Below are positions 19,116 through 30,323 of a stretch of DNA of 64,000 bases, piece by piece; within the stretch, counting starts at the first letter, position 1; each line of letters starts with the position of its first letter. The DNA lies in IMG/VR virus record IMGVR_UViG_3300032271_001847, positions 5,764-69,763 of that record. One strand, given 5' to 3'. The notes under the pieces were generated by a model. The model searched no databases. It saw only the letters and a list, made by a program, of their open reading frames with translations, and had not been told where the DNA came from. This DNA comes from a virus. The position numbers and the translations under genes are program-made.

Positions 19116-22100
19116 TTATCCACCAAACGAGTGGCTGAGTATGAACCTAGCTTGGGTCGAGTCGTTGTATTGGAGACCGTTTGGAGATGGTTCCCAATTA
19201 TATCCCCATGGCATGCGAACCGCATCTCCAGCATCAATTACCGTGCTTCCTGAAACATGCGAAAGATTGGTTTGCACGCTGTCAACGTTCAGTGCCACTA
19301 TCTTGACGTTTTTGTAACCAACCTGGGGCGGAGTTGAGAATCTCACATAACGTCCACCTGGCAAGTCCACAAACACATAATCAGATCCTTCCACCATGAT
19401 CATGTCATTTTTCCACACGGTGGTTGAAAGTGCCTGGGTGGCAGATTCCGTTGCAAAATCAACCGTATATCCATCACCATTATAAAATAGTGCGTTATAA
19501 CGGCTTCGAGGAGTTCCGCTTGTTCCATTCTGATTACGTCGTATTCCAGTTAGGAACGCCCTTGATGGATGCTGCGTTGTCGGTGCCAACTGTATTTCTC
19601 GATATCCAATCATCTCGTCGTTTATGTAAACATATCCTATTCCGTTGTGTGTTGGGATTGAGACGGTATCATAATTGGCAATCTCAATGGAACTGCTGTA
19701 GGTATAGACATTACCGAGAATCGTTGTTTCTCTCATTGGATCAATCACGGTAGATATGATCTGATCTCCGCTTGTTAGCGTCCTCCATGCGATCGCCGGT
19801 CGTTCGGGTTTACCGGTCATGTAGCTTATTACCACTTTCCTGACCATATCCCATCCATCGGTATCCCACGCTGCCCTATCCCACCCATCGGTGGGTGTTA
19901 GCTCAACCCGCATGGTTTCTCCTCTCGGCATGTCCCACTGGTACGTGTCCCATTCTATCTTGCTCCATCCATTTACCGCCGGGGCACGGGTAACCACGTA
20001 ATCACGACCAGGGACCATGTGTTTTCCATCAAACCAAACGGATATGGTTGAGATGTCATATGGCATGGCGGCCAAGATGTAGATACCTGTTGTGGTTTCG
20101 TCAAACACCTCCTCGTGGAATTCATAATCCATGTCCTGGCTATAGGTTGTTACCAGGACCGTGTCTCCCGCAACTATGCTACCTGATTTAAAGGTTATGT
20201 ATTGCCCGGATATCGTGTATTCAGTATCAGGTGATGTTGCAACTATGGTTATGTTGGATCCTATATCCGGACGAGATGAGAACCATATCATGTTATTTGA
20301 TATCAGGTAATCAACTCCGCCAATCAAATGGACGCTGTCCACGAATATTTCCACGCTTGCTCCGGTAAGATCAATGGTTATCGGATATTCAAACGGTGAG
20401 CCCAGACCGAGTATCTGCTGTATCAGAGGTGTTTTCATCAACTTTCCATTCTTCCTAACCGTTGTGGACACACATGTCGGCAAGGTGCTATATGGTTGTT
20501 GAGAAAGATGATAAGTTAGCAACAATCCATCCGTGATGGATAGGACCGTTTCAACAACTGTACTAAACTGCTGAGTGTCAAACGCGGTGATGACAACAAC
20601 CGATCCATACGCTGGTGCCGGCAGCAATCTTATTCCGTTGGTGAGCAACGAGTTTATCGGAGTAAGTACCCCATTTATCGTAACCAACACGCCCGCAAAC
20701 GGTGTCGGTATCGTGAAATCCGTCCTGGTACCGTTGCCAACGTACTCATATTTTTCCATCTCGCCGGTGTAGTCAACGTTAACGGTTAATCCAGTTCCAT
20801 TGGTGTTTGTTGCGGATCCATATCCAACCGGCAATTGAACGAGAGGTTGCACAGGTAGTCTTGCCCAGAGTCCTGGTAATACCACACCCAACAGATCTAC
20901 TCCCCAAACAGCATCTATCACCGCGTCAACATTGATCTTCTTTTTGGACCGATTGGTTTTCCAAGAATAAGGTGAATTTGGAGTTACCGTCCACGATCCT
21001 GGAGATAGAACGGATAGTCCTAGTATTTCTCCCATTGTTCCAACACTGATGACCTTAAGTACCGTGTCGGAGGTACTGGTACCTCCGGTGCCAGTGAGTA
21101 TCAGCTGGTTACCAACCGAATATCCTTTACCAGGATTGGTTATCCTATATCCGGATGCTTGAACCGAGATAACCTTGAGGACCGTTGGTTCTATCCCAAT
21201 GGTGGTTGCAAGCTGTATCGTATCACCTGGCTTGTAATTTCTGCCAGTGGCAACAACATATGAATTTTTAACCATACGTCCGCCGCCACCACCATTTCCT
21301 ATACAGGTAACCGACAGGGTTCCAGGGGCTGGCGGATTTATGAATACCATGTGGTTGGTATCATAGTTGATGACAAAATCCCCCGATACTCCTGCCACCA
21401 ACGGAGTTCCATCAAGATAAGCCATGACCGCTTGATCGCTCTGAGGAGCGATCAACAGGTCAAACTGGTCGCTAAGACCGTCAGTTATATACACACGGCT
21501 GCTCACAAGAGGGCGGTTACCTGCCGCCCGAGAGGTAACATCCATCATTAGCGCATCCCTGGCCTTGAATGGATACAGCTCTTCTGGATGGTCATCGTCA
21601 ACATTTGGTTGTATGAATTCATTGCCTTCTATCACGTGGTCCGATTCGGCAAGCGGTGCTGGTTCAAAGGTGGTTCCTGCATATAGAACATATATGTTAG
21701 GAACCGAACTGCTTGAAGGCGGCGTGACAAACTCAATCTCTTGGCATGCCCAGTCAATTTCAATCACGGCATGCATGCCCGTTCCGGGATAAAGAAGAGG
21801 ATAAGATGCTGGATATGGACCAGGAAGGACCGTGGAATATGACCCGGTACCAACCAGTTCAACGTCTGTGATTGAGCCATGATTGGTGGAAAGAACCTGT
21901 ATTCTTGCAGAGATCACACCGGTACCAGCCGTTACGTCTAATAGGTCACCTGGTTGATATCCAAATCCGCCCTCAATTATCCTAGCAGAAACCGCATGTG
22001 TTGGCACTGTCCATTCAAGGGCGTAGGTTCGTAGCTTCCCATCTGACCATACGACCATGCTGTTTGGATTAACGGCATGTCTCAGAAGAGGGAACCTCCT

Positions 22101-25100
22101 TGATATGCCGTTTCCGATGGCACTATCATAATTTGGTATCGCACCACCTTGTATTATCTGATCAAGATATGCTTCGATCGCAGCCTTGTCGGCATCCCAT
22201 CCGATGAATCCCCAAGGAGAATGTCCCCACCCTTCCTGCATGTTAAACCCAAGTGCTGATAGAACGGTTCCTTTATAAACGGCGCCGGATATGAGATCAG
22301 CAACTATCTTTGGAAGCATGCCAGGCGATGGTTCGTAATACTCCTCAATTCGTGTCATGGCACCAAATGTCTGATCGGTTGATTCACTTTCCCATCCAAA
22401 CGAGGACCATGCTGATCCCCATCCCGGAACAAGGGCAGGTGTGCTTATACGATCAAAAACAAGGGTGGTATTGAGATTTCTTATAAGCTCAGGATTTGAA
22501 ATGTAGTTGTCTTTCCACGACTGGTAGGTATCATAGTATGCCCGTTCAGCAGTTCCTTCACCGGGCATCTCGGTTAATGGATCGGCAAGCCATCCAGGTG
22601 GTGCATCAAAATCAACCAAAGATACGCTAGAGGTGTCGATGGAGGACTTTCCATATACAAACTCTCGTATCTTTCCGTGATATGGCTTAGCCTCGTTAAT
22701 GAATCCTATTATGCTATCGATGGTATCGGCTGCAAACAAAGAGTTTTTTGCCAAATCCTGGTTGAATCCCTTTAGCACGATATTGCTGGTTTTTATGGCC
22801 CAGTCAATTTGGTGTTGTTCCGAAATGGCATAGCTGATCATCGAGAAAAACAACGTGTTTTTTTCTATTGAATTTGGATAACCATAAATGGCGTTGCTTA
22901 TACCATCTATGATGTTACCAAACTCAACCGACGCGGTAAGATCAAACGGGGCATAATCAAACGCGGTCCCATCAAATCCTCCAAAATTCTTGCTCCACTT
23001 GTATATTGATGGAAGTATCTCAATGTTTCCATCCTGTTGTCCAACTAACGTCCATTTTCCAGAGAATGAGAATAGTTGCCATTTATTAACACCATTATTC
23101 AACACCTTGACCACAAATCCAGAATATGCATTTTCAACTGTTGATAGGTCAGCAGGTGTTTGTACCGTGGCTTTGATCGTAGTATAGGATCCATAACCGG
23201 TCATGTACCAGTCCACGTAGTTCCAATAATTAGCGGTATTGTATCCTTGTTTACGTATCAGCTCCCATTCAACACCATTCGTCTGGTATTCCCACATGGT
23301 CCAGAGATTTCCGTTCTCGCTGACCGGTTCAACCAAGACCACCTGGCCCGGGACGATGGCACCAACAAGCGCGTCGCGCTGTAGCATGTCCTGAACCCTA
23401 TAATCCCAGTTTCCAGACTGAGGAGGAATGGGCTCAGCTGCGTAGAAATAGTTTTCCCACCCTGCTTTTGATGCATCATCTATCAATGGCGTTGCACTGG
23501 TGGATAGTAACTGGTTTGTCGTATCAACAAAAACCTTGCTTGCTGCAACCCTGTCCATGAACCAGCTCTGACGAGGACGAATTTCGGTTCCATATTTCTG
23601 TAGGTCATTAAGATGGTAATCAGGTACATCATTGCCAAGTCCATCAAATGTGATAAGACTGGTTTTGACCTTATCCCACAATTTTGTGCTGATGGGACTC
23701 ATTGAGTCGCCTTCTCTCACAAGTTCCCATTCACCATAGATATTGCTGTCGTTTGGAGTTGATGTGTAGGTTATCTGCTGTATGGTCCGTGTGCCGTTCA
23801 GACGAGATGCGTAGTTTCCTATGATCAGGCTATCGTCTGATATTGCAGCCCACCACGGCTTGTCGTCAGTGCTAGGCTGCTCTATTAGATTTGCTATTTG
23901 CTCGGTGGTCAATGCTCTCGATGGCGAAGCCGGAGACATTCCACTGTTTTTAACCCAGAAATAATAATATGTCGTGCTAGTACCGTTTGCACCATATTCG
24001 ATTAGTTCTGTCCAGCTTGGACTGGTTGGATTTCGTATGCTTCCTGAAGGGATATAACTTCTGCCGCCGTCTGTGATGCTTTGGCCTTGCGCAACATTGC
24101 TAGACCAATCTGAAGGCGGTATAGGGCTTCGTATCCATTCATAAACATCAATGCTTGTTCCAGGTGCAATCTTTCCCCATTGTTGCATCCTATATTTTCC
24201 GTCACCTTGTTCATAATCAATGTACCTTACGGCGGATAGGTCCCACCAAACCTGCCCTAGTTGGGCACTGCTCCACGATTCGGTTGGGCTTAATGCGTAC
24301 TTGGTGTTGTTTCCATTGTTATATTTGGCCGGATCGTAATCAGTCTTGTAATTGATTTCAGCATCTGCCCTACCAGAGATGAATCCCTTTGCTGGATCAT
24401 AATAATTGAGCGTTGTTAGTTGCATTCCAGAGATGGAGTCAAAAAGCTTGTTCTGCTTGATCAATGACGCGTCGACCTTGTATTCTTGTTGCCTAAACGC
24501 CGTCCATCGTCCCTGGGCTCTCTTGTAAACCGTCCATGCACCTTCCACGATTCCGCCATCATCAACGTATGCAAGGTTGCCATCGATCCAACCACCCGGT
24601 GGTTCTCCGCTATCTCGAGAAAATACATCTGCAAATCTGGTCGGACGATAGACCATTATGGTACCACCCGTTCCTTGTTCATAGGTGGTAACATCTATCT
24701 GGAATGTCAGTGGTGTTACCGAACTAACCGTGTATGTTCCATTTATGGCAGAAACTCCAGAAATACCATAAATGATGCAGATGTCACCATCCGACAACCC
24801 GTGTGGGGATGCCGTCGTTATAACGGTCGGTGCTCCTGATATGTTTGAAGGTATGGTAAGATCCACCTGTGCATACGCTGGTGTCAGGACCCATGTCATC
24901 CATGTCCCGGTGTTGGTTATGAACTGCCACACCGTATCCCTGTTTTTAACAGGAGTTGAGGTTGTTTTCTGATTGTCGTACAGTGCTAGAAGATCAGACG
25001 ACGTGGCTGCTAACCATGTGGTCTCACCGAGCATGGCATAGCCAGTGGTCGGATTGTCCGTGCTAGTGTTCGGTGCATATGAGGATCTCAATGCAAATTT

Positions 25101-28100
25101 CCGATCAATGTAGCTTTCAGGTGGTGTTACCATGAGGGGGTCACGGGGCACTATATCAAGCACGTCATCATTGGCGTTGTCGCCGTCGTGATTTCCAAAC
25201 AGTCTTATACGTTGAGGATCGTTGACCATCCTATCCTGCGGCAGTCTGATCTCAACCAGATCGTTGAGATCCGTGGCACCATATCGACCAACACGTAGAA
25301 GCCATTCCTCATAATACTCAAACGTGCTTTTGGCCGGCAATATTGAGGTATTTCTCAGCAGGCTGTCAAGCGAGGATCTTGTACCTTTTTTCTTGATGAA
25401 CCCTTGATAGAATTCAAACTCCGTGGCATCTTCAAGAAGGAGATTCTGCATGTAATCTCGATTTTGATAGCCTATCATGTGCCGAGAGATATCAGAAATA
25501 TCCTTTCTATCCACTACGCTCTGCTTAGATGTTCTTTCAATCAATGCACCCGTGGTTTGATTTATCTCGGAATAGTTCTTTGGCTGGTCAATGTTGAAAT
25601 ACTTCCTAAAATCGTCGGCCGTTTTTTCAAAGTTGCTGGTCATCGTCCAGGTATTGCTGGTGGTATTCTGTGTGATGATGTATCCAGGTGCATCAACCCG
25701 ACCATTCCAGTCGTTTGTCCTATAAGATAGTATCTTGATCCTATCCTGTTTGAGATCATACAAGGGCTGATAGATGACGTCATTAAAAGAGGTCAGGTTG
25801 TCAAAAAACACGGCGTGTTCAATGGTAGTTCTGAAGAGCCTTAATCCATATACACCTTGATCGTTGGTAGCGTTAACCGTTATGGTACCTTCGTTCCTTG
25901 ACACAACAACGTTCTGCGGTTGTATCGGCATTCCGGCTCGATCAATCACAGGATAGGTTCCGGCTACTATGCCATTAACATATTGTATGTTACCAAAGTC
26001 CTGCTTGAACTTGACCATGTCTGCTGACGGACTCAACGCGATGAAAGTACCGTTTGTCCACGATCCTTGGCTCCAGAAAAGGAACTCCTTTGCGCTCTGG
26101 AACCAATCCATCATGCTGTTTGAGTCATTTCCATATTGATCAAACACCCACCCTTGGCTGATGAGCCAACGACCATGTCCTATCAGGAAATCGTACACTT
26201 CCTGCCGGCTGGTAAACGTGGTGCCATACGGGATCAATTTTGTGGTTTTAAGACCCGTTGTGTATTCAATAACTCGTTGGTTGCCGATGATCACGGTGTT
26301 TTTGGAACCACGTGTGTTGGGAGGAATTATGGTAAAGGTTGGATAGATGACGTTGTATCCATATACCTTCCATCCATCTTTTGTTTTCTCAACCATGACA
26401 CCACCATAGTAACTCTCCCCTATGCTGGTGCTGCGGTAAAGGTAGACCTTGATGTTTTCGCTCGGTATGAGCTGGCTGTTGTAGCCAACCTGTCCAAAAC
26501 TATCAACAAGACCCCTAAAGCTGTCCGCATTGACATATCCTGCCATCCTGTGTGACAGCTGAACATCCGACCCCCGTACAACATTTCCACAATAATTGGT
26601 AACATCCAATCCTTGGCTGATCAGGTATTCGGATATCCAATGTTGCAACCCGCAGCTACCAAAATAGGAAAGAGAGGTTTCGTTTGGAATCACGATACCA
26701 TTGGATATCAGGCTAGGATTCTCACGGTGAACATAGAACTGATTGCTCGATCTGCGAGAATTGGTGTCAATGTAAATCCATTGATCATTTACCGTTTCTG
26801 AATACGCATCCATGGTTCGTGTTATGTCCCATGTGTATTCAACAAACCTAGCCGGTTTCATCAGATATCCAAGCTGTGCTTGAACAAATCCATAATCCTG
26901 CGAATTTACCCATGTGCTTTCAATTGGACCGCCGTCACCAAATTCCCATTCAGCTGCTGCATCGTGAACGGAAGGCAAGCTCGAAATGCATCCTGCCTGA
27001 TATGGAGCCAAAAGGTTTCCTTGGTCATCAACTGGTATGCAATCCAGCAAGCCGGGACGTTTCCATTCCTGATGAATTCCTTGTCTCGGACCTTGGCTAA
27101 CATGCCCATCCCGAAGGTCTTCCCACATCAAGGTGTTTCCACGGGTGTAAGGTGCTTCACCATATTGTGAATCCCACCAGGTTGGTTTTTGTGAAAATCC
27201 TAGCATTTCCCATGGATGGGTGTGAGGCCTGTCAGTATCATAAACCCATCGATATATGCCCTGCCAGTGTCCAGGTACCAATGACCCGTTCCTGTCAGTC
27301 ATGTTGCTGTAGTTCCAGGAGAATTGATCGTCAGTGTCGTAACCGGTATTTGCCCGATAGTCAGCCTGTGCTGATATCACCCACTTGTCAAATGCACCCC
27401 TTTGTAGTTGCAGATGTTCGATCCTGGTATAGCTGCTAGTTCTCCATTTACCCGGCGAATACGTCCTAACATCAAACACATATTCTGCTTCTGGGTTCTT
27501 GTATCCAGAAGGAAGGCTGGCATAGAGATCAAGCTCAAATTGCAACCATGCAGCAGCAATTGGATTATCGAGCTGCTCGGGATTGCTAGTCGAGACCTGG
27601 CCGTGCAATATAGACCCGAGCTGTTCGCCTTGTTGGTCAACCATCACGATCCTGCTACCATCGTGCGTTTGTATCGCCATCCGTGGGGTCTTATATGTAT
27701 CATCCATGTAAACTACCGGATAATACGACGGTGTGATTCCTAGTCGGGCCGACGTAGCCGGGACATAGGTAGGACTGGTGCTTGGTATCGAGCAATATGA
27801 TCCCGGAACACCGGATGGTCCACTATTAGCCCACGGACTGCTAGAAGTCTTTCCGATGTTTATCTGTGCAAGTGCTGATGACACCCATTGGCTGATCATG
27901 TACGGATCACACCCACCAGCAACATATGAGGCAGAAAATCCTTGTTTTGTGCTCAGATTGAAGAGGGTTTGTATGAATCTTCCATAAAATCTCTGATAAG
28001 ATCGCTGGGCATATTGCATTGCCATCATTGGATCAGATGGACTTATGGTGCTTATTATGTCTGATAGAGGGGTGCTATTAAGCACGGCAAGCTTTAACAG

Positions 28101-30323
28101 AGTAGCACGATGGTTCAATATGCTACGACCAAGATGTTTCATCTGTGCGGTATCCCTGTAATTGTTCTGTCCAAGGGGTGTGCCGACAATGCCTGGTTGA
28201 TTCTCTATGATCTGAGTAAATTGTTGTAAAAACTGGCTCCTGCTAACCTGTGTGACCGGAAGATTGTTTGGGTTAGCACTGAGATTGCTTGGTATCTCGT
28301 AGAATCCAACCATGATGTCCGGAGCGATTGTATTCCATGTTTTGACTATCAGCCGTGAACCATCTGGTTGGGTAGTTATTAGATTTATCATCGAACCCAG
28401 CATGGTATAATCAGTTCCTTCTACCAATTGGATTGTCTGACCATTTGGTGTGATGACGCTGGCAAATATAGTTGGTAATCCCGTTGCAGATCGAGCAGCA
28501 GGTGCTTGGTCAAGAATGAAGGAAGTCGTTGGTGATACTATCACGAATTCGTTAACGATGTACTGGCGGCTTGATTCAGGCGATTTGTACCACGAATTAA
28601 CGTATTCGTCGGTGGATTGCATCGAAATCTTCGAGAATAGATAACCCATGTAGGTTGTTTCTGTACCACCAATGACATACGAAACGGTATCAATCTCAAG
28701 ATCATTGTTGAACACAAAATCTCCAAATTGATCAAGCTTGGTGTTGATGTTTAATTCGGAGTCAACTGCCTGATTCACATCCGTTGCATAGCTGAACACC
28801 TTGCTGCCTGCAAAACTACTTCCTGGATAAATGCTAGGGTCGTCCATTGCATTACCATCCACATCGTACAGCATGAAAAGAGGTGTTGAAGCACCAAATT
28901 TTTGTTGCCCGTCAGTCCGCCATGTGTTTCCATCAAAATAGAGATTTTGATCCTGGAAATATCCAAACGAGATCGAAACCCTGCTGCCGCGTTCTGGATA
29001 ACTCTCTTCGATCAATGCAATCGGGGCGGTATTGTATATGACGATCTCGACCACTCTACCAGCGGCTACCGGTGACACCATGGTTACTTGTTCGCCCGTC
29101 CACGAATAGGTCAAGGGGGATTGTTGAGTTCCATCAATGTATAACACCATGTGATCAGTTGAGTGTTGATAAGGAGACGTGACAAACACTGATGTTGGAA
29201 CAGAGACCGGATATCTAAGTGTTGCGGGTTCAACCGTATCTATCGACACACGATAGATACGGTTGTTCACCTCCGGATCCGCGTCATTTAAGACAAGGAT
29301 ACGCATGCCATCCCTAAGAGGTATGCCTTGCATGACATAAGATTTTTGTCCAACTATGGTACCAAACACATCTGACAGGGTATTATCAGCAAGATCCACC
29401 GTTCCTTGATCAATCCAACCATATTTCCATATCTCAATTCCAGCGTCAAATTCAATTATCGGGCGCCTGGCCTGGAGAATGGATGGGTCAGGGTAGATGG
29501 TCTTTGACAATCGAACAACATCAAGATGGAACCATCGATTTGACCTGCTCCACTGATTTCCGTCAGGGCTCATTCGAGAAATGGTAACGTAGTTCTTTTC
29601 CTCCAACGCGGCACCCGACCAAGATTCCACATCCCATGGAGACGAATCCCAACTGGGAGATGCGGAGAACGTATTTTCTGATAGTTCAATCCCTCGGCCA
29701 ACGCCCTCGACAAACCATTCTCGGCCGTTTATATCAAGGGTGAGATCATTCATAGGAACTATCTTGAGCCCACTGGTAAAATCAAGCATCGTGGTATCAA
29801 TTGAACCATTTCCGTATCTAACGGCACCGACATACGTGTATGAGATATTGCCCGTGGCGTCATTTAACAGATCAGTTGTATCCAGTAATTCTATCGCATC
29901 TGGACCATTTGGCAACCAAAAATAACTGGAAAAATTGGTAAACTTATCCAGATCAATTGGTGGACTCCATGAATAGTATTCTTGATCAAACAAGCGGTCA
30001 TGGTTGTTAACCAATCCTCCCTGGAATCTCAGCTGTCCGATGAGATCCTCGTAGAACATGGCATGGGTGATCTTACCACTGAGAAGATCCGTACTAACCA
30101 CCGTCGGGGATAGCTGGTAATCCGACCGAGATTTAGTCGGTTCGTTTATGTAAAAATCCTTTGCCGGATCATACCATGACGGACGATTTCCAATGTACCC
30201 GCTAAGAAATTCCACGCTTTCTGGTTGGAAAAGATGGTCAACCGTTGCAGCAAAGATCTTTGTTAGATTTTCTGTCTGCAGGTAGCTCGGGAGTAGCTCT
30301 ATATTGCGACGCTTATCAGCCAT
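19116..30323 (-). CDS. Giant baseplate wedge / structural protein (3735 aa, gp7-like position)
   Basis: Follows gp6-like gene; LLP.YLQT N-terminus, EAKPYH..IRE motif, Trp-rich repeats. Confidence 0.75.
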   Translation of the reverse strand: MADKRRNIELLPSYLQTENLTKIFAATVDHLFQPESVEFLSGYIGNRPSWYDPAKDFYINEPTKSRSDYQLSPTVVSTDLLSGKITHAMFYEDLIGQLRFQGGLVNNHDRLFDQEYYSWSPPIDLDKFTNFSSYFWLPNGPDAIELLDTTDLLNDATGNISYTYVGAVRYGNGSIDTTMLDFTSGLKIVPMNDLTLDINGREWFVEGVGRGIELSENTFSASPSWDSSPWDVESWSGAALEEKNYVTISRMSPDGNQWSRSNRWFHLDVVRLSKTIYPDPSILQARRPIIEFDAGIEIWKYGWIDQGTVDLADNTLSDVFGTIVGQKSYVMQGIPLRDGMRILVLNDADPEVNNRIYRVSIDTVEPATLRYPVSVPTSVFVTSPYQHSTDHMVLYIDGTQQSPLTYSWTGEQVTMVSPVAAGRVVEIVIYNTAPIALIEESYPERGSRVSISFGYFQDQNLYFDGNTWRTDGQQKFGASTPLFMLYDVDGNAMDDPSIYPGSSFAGSKVFSYATDVNQAVDSELNINTKLDQFGDFVFNNDLEIDTVSYVIGGTETTYMGYLFSKISMQSTDEYVNSWYKSPESSRQYIVNEFVIVSPTTSFILDQAPAARSATGLPTIFASVITPNGQTIQLVEGTDYTMLGSMINLITTQPDGSRLIVKTWNTIAPDIMVGFYEIPSNLSANPNNLPVTQVSRSQFLQQFTQIIENQPGIVGTPLGQNNYRDTAQMKHLGRSILNHRATLLKLAVLNSTPLSDIISTISPSDPMMAMQYAQRSYQRFYGRFIQTLFNLSTKQGFSASYVAGGCDPYMISQWVSSALAQINIGKTSSSPWANSGPSGVPGSYCSIPSTSPTYVPATSARLGITPSYYPVVYMDDTYKTPRMAIQTHDGSRIVMVDQQGEQLGSILHGQVSTSNPEQLDNPIAAAWLQFELDLYASLPSGYKNPEAEYVFDVRTYSPGKWRTSSYTRIEHLQLQRGAFDKWVISAQADYRANTGYDTDDQFSWNYSNMTDRNGSLVPGHWQGIYRWVYDTDRPHTHPWEMLGFSQKPTWWDSQYGEAPYTRGNTLMWEDLRDGHVSQGPRQGIHQEWKRPGLLDCIPVDDQGNLLAPYQAGCISSLPSVHDAAAEWEFGDGGPIESTWVNSQDYGFVQAQLGYLMKPARFVEYTWDITRTMDAYSETVNDQWIYIDTNSRRSSNQFYVHRENPSLISNGIVIPNETSLSYFGSCGLQHWISEYLISQGLDVTNYCGNVVRGSDVQLSHRMAGYVNADSFRGLVDSFGQVGYNSQLIPSENIKVYLYRSTSIGESYYGGVMVEKTKDGWKVYGYNVIYPTFTIIPPNTRGSKNTVIIGNQRVIEYTTGLKTTKLIPYGTTFTSRQEVYDFLIGHGRWLISQGWVFDQYGNDSNSMMDWFQSAKEFLFWSQGSWTNGTFIALSPSADMVKFKQDFGNIQYVNGIVAGTYPVIDRAGMPIQPQNVVVSRNEGTITVNATNDQGVYGLRLFRTTIEHAVFFDNLTSFNDVIYQPLYDLKQDRIKILSYRTNDWNGRVDAPGYIITQNTTSNTWTMTSNFEKTADDFRKYFNIDQPKNYSEINQTTGALIERTSKQSVVDRKDISDISRHMIGYQNRDYMQNLLLEDATEFEFYQGFIKKKGTRSSLDSLLRNTSILPAKSTFEYYEEWLLRVGRYGATDLNDLVEIRLPQDRMVNDPQRIRLFGNHDGDNANDDVLDIVPRDPLMVTPPESYIDRKFALRSSYAPNTSTDNPTTGYAMLGETTWLAATSSDLLALYDNQKTTSTPVKNRDTVWQFITNTGTWMTWVLTPAYAQVDLTIPSNISGAPTVITTASPHGLSDGDICIIYGISGVSAINGTYTVSSVTPLTFQIDVTTYEQGTGGTIMVYRPTRFADVFSRDSGEPPGGWIDGNLAYVDDGGIVEGAWTVYKRAQGRWTAFRQQEYKVDASLIKQNKLFDSISGMQLTTLNYYDPAKGFISGRADAEINYKTDYDPAKYNNGNNTKYALSPTESWSSAQLGQVWWDLSAVRYIDYEQGDGKYRMQQWGKIAPGTSIDVYEWIRSPIPPSDWSSNVAQGQSITDGGRSYIPSGSIRNPTSPSWTELIEYGANGTSTTYYYFWVKNSGMSPASPSRALTTEQIANLIEQPSTDDKPWWAAISDDSLIIGNYASRLNGTRTIQQITYTSTPNDSNIYGEWELVREGDSMSPISTKLWDKVKTSLITFDGLGNDVPDYHLNDLQKYGTEIRPRQSWFMDRVAASKVFVDTTNQLLSTSATPLIDDASKAGWENYFYAAEPIPPQSGNWDYRVQDMLQRDALVGAIVPGQVVLVEPVSENGNLWTMWEYQTNGVEWELIRKQGYNTANYWNYVDWYMTGYGSYTTIKATVQTPADLSTVENAYSGFVVKVLNNGVNKWQLFSFSGKWTLVGQQDGNIEILPSIYKWSKNFGGFDGTAFDYAPFDLTASVEFGNIIDGISNAIYGYPNSIEKNTLFFSMISYAISEQHQIDWAIKTSNIVLKGFNQDLAKNSLFAADTIDSIIGFINEAKPYHGKIREFVYGKSSIDTSSVSLVDFDAPPGWLADPLTEMPGEGTAERAYYDTYQSWKDNYISNPELIRNLNTTLVFDRISTPALVPGWGSAWSSFGWESESTDQTFGAMTRIEEYYEPSPGMLPKIVADLISGAVYKGTVLSALGFNMQEGWGHSPWGFIGWDADKAAIEAYLDQIIQGGAIPNYDSAIGNGISRRFPLLRHAVNPNSMVVWSDGKLRTYALEWTVPTHAVSARIIEGGFGYQPGDLLDVTAGTGVISARIQVLSTNHGSITDVELVGTGSYSTVLPGPYPASYPLLYPGTGMHAVIEIDWACQEIEFVTPPSSSSVPNIYVLYAGTTFEPAPLAESDHVIEGNEFIQPNVDDDHPEELYPFKARDALMMDVTSRAAGNRPLVSSRVYITDGLSDQFDLLIAPQSDQAVMAYLDGTPLVAGVSGDFVINYDTNHMVFINPPAPGTLSVTCIGNGGGGGRMVKNSYVVATGRNYKPGDTIQLATTIGIEPTVLKVISVQASGYRITNPGKGYSVGNQLILTGTGGTSTSDTVLKVISVGTMGEILGLSVLSPGSWTVTPNSPYSWKTNRSKKKINVDAVIDAVWGVDLLGVVLPGLWARLPVQPLVQLPVGYGSATNTNGTGLTVNVDYTGEMEKYEYVGNGTRTDFTIPTPFAGVLVTINGVLTPINSLLTNGIRLLPAPAYGSVVVITAFDTQQFSTVVETVLSITDGLLLTYHLSQQPYSTLPTCVSTTVRKNGKLMKTPLIQQILGLGSPFEYPITIDLTGASVEIFVDSVHLIGGVDYLISNNMIWFSSRPDIGSNITIVATSPDTEYTISGQYITFKSGSIVAGDTVLVTTYSQDMDYEFHEEVFDETTTGIYILAAMPYDISTISVWFDGKHMVPGRDYVVTRAPAVNGWSKIEWDTYQWDMPRGETMRVELTPTDGWDRAAWDTDGWDMVRKVVISYMTGKPERPAIAWRTLTSGDQIISTVIDPMRETTILGNVYTYSSSIEIANYDTVSIPTHNGIGYVYINDEMIGYREIQLAPTTQHPSRAFLTGIRRNQNGTSGTPRSRYNALFYNGDGYTVDFATESATQALSTTVWKNDMIMVEGSDYVFVDLPGGRYVRFSTPPQVGYKNVKIVALNVDSVQTNLSHVSGSTVIDAGDAVRMPWGYNWEPSPNGLQYNDSTQARFILSHSFGG

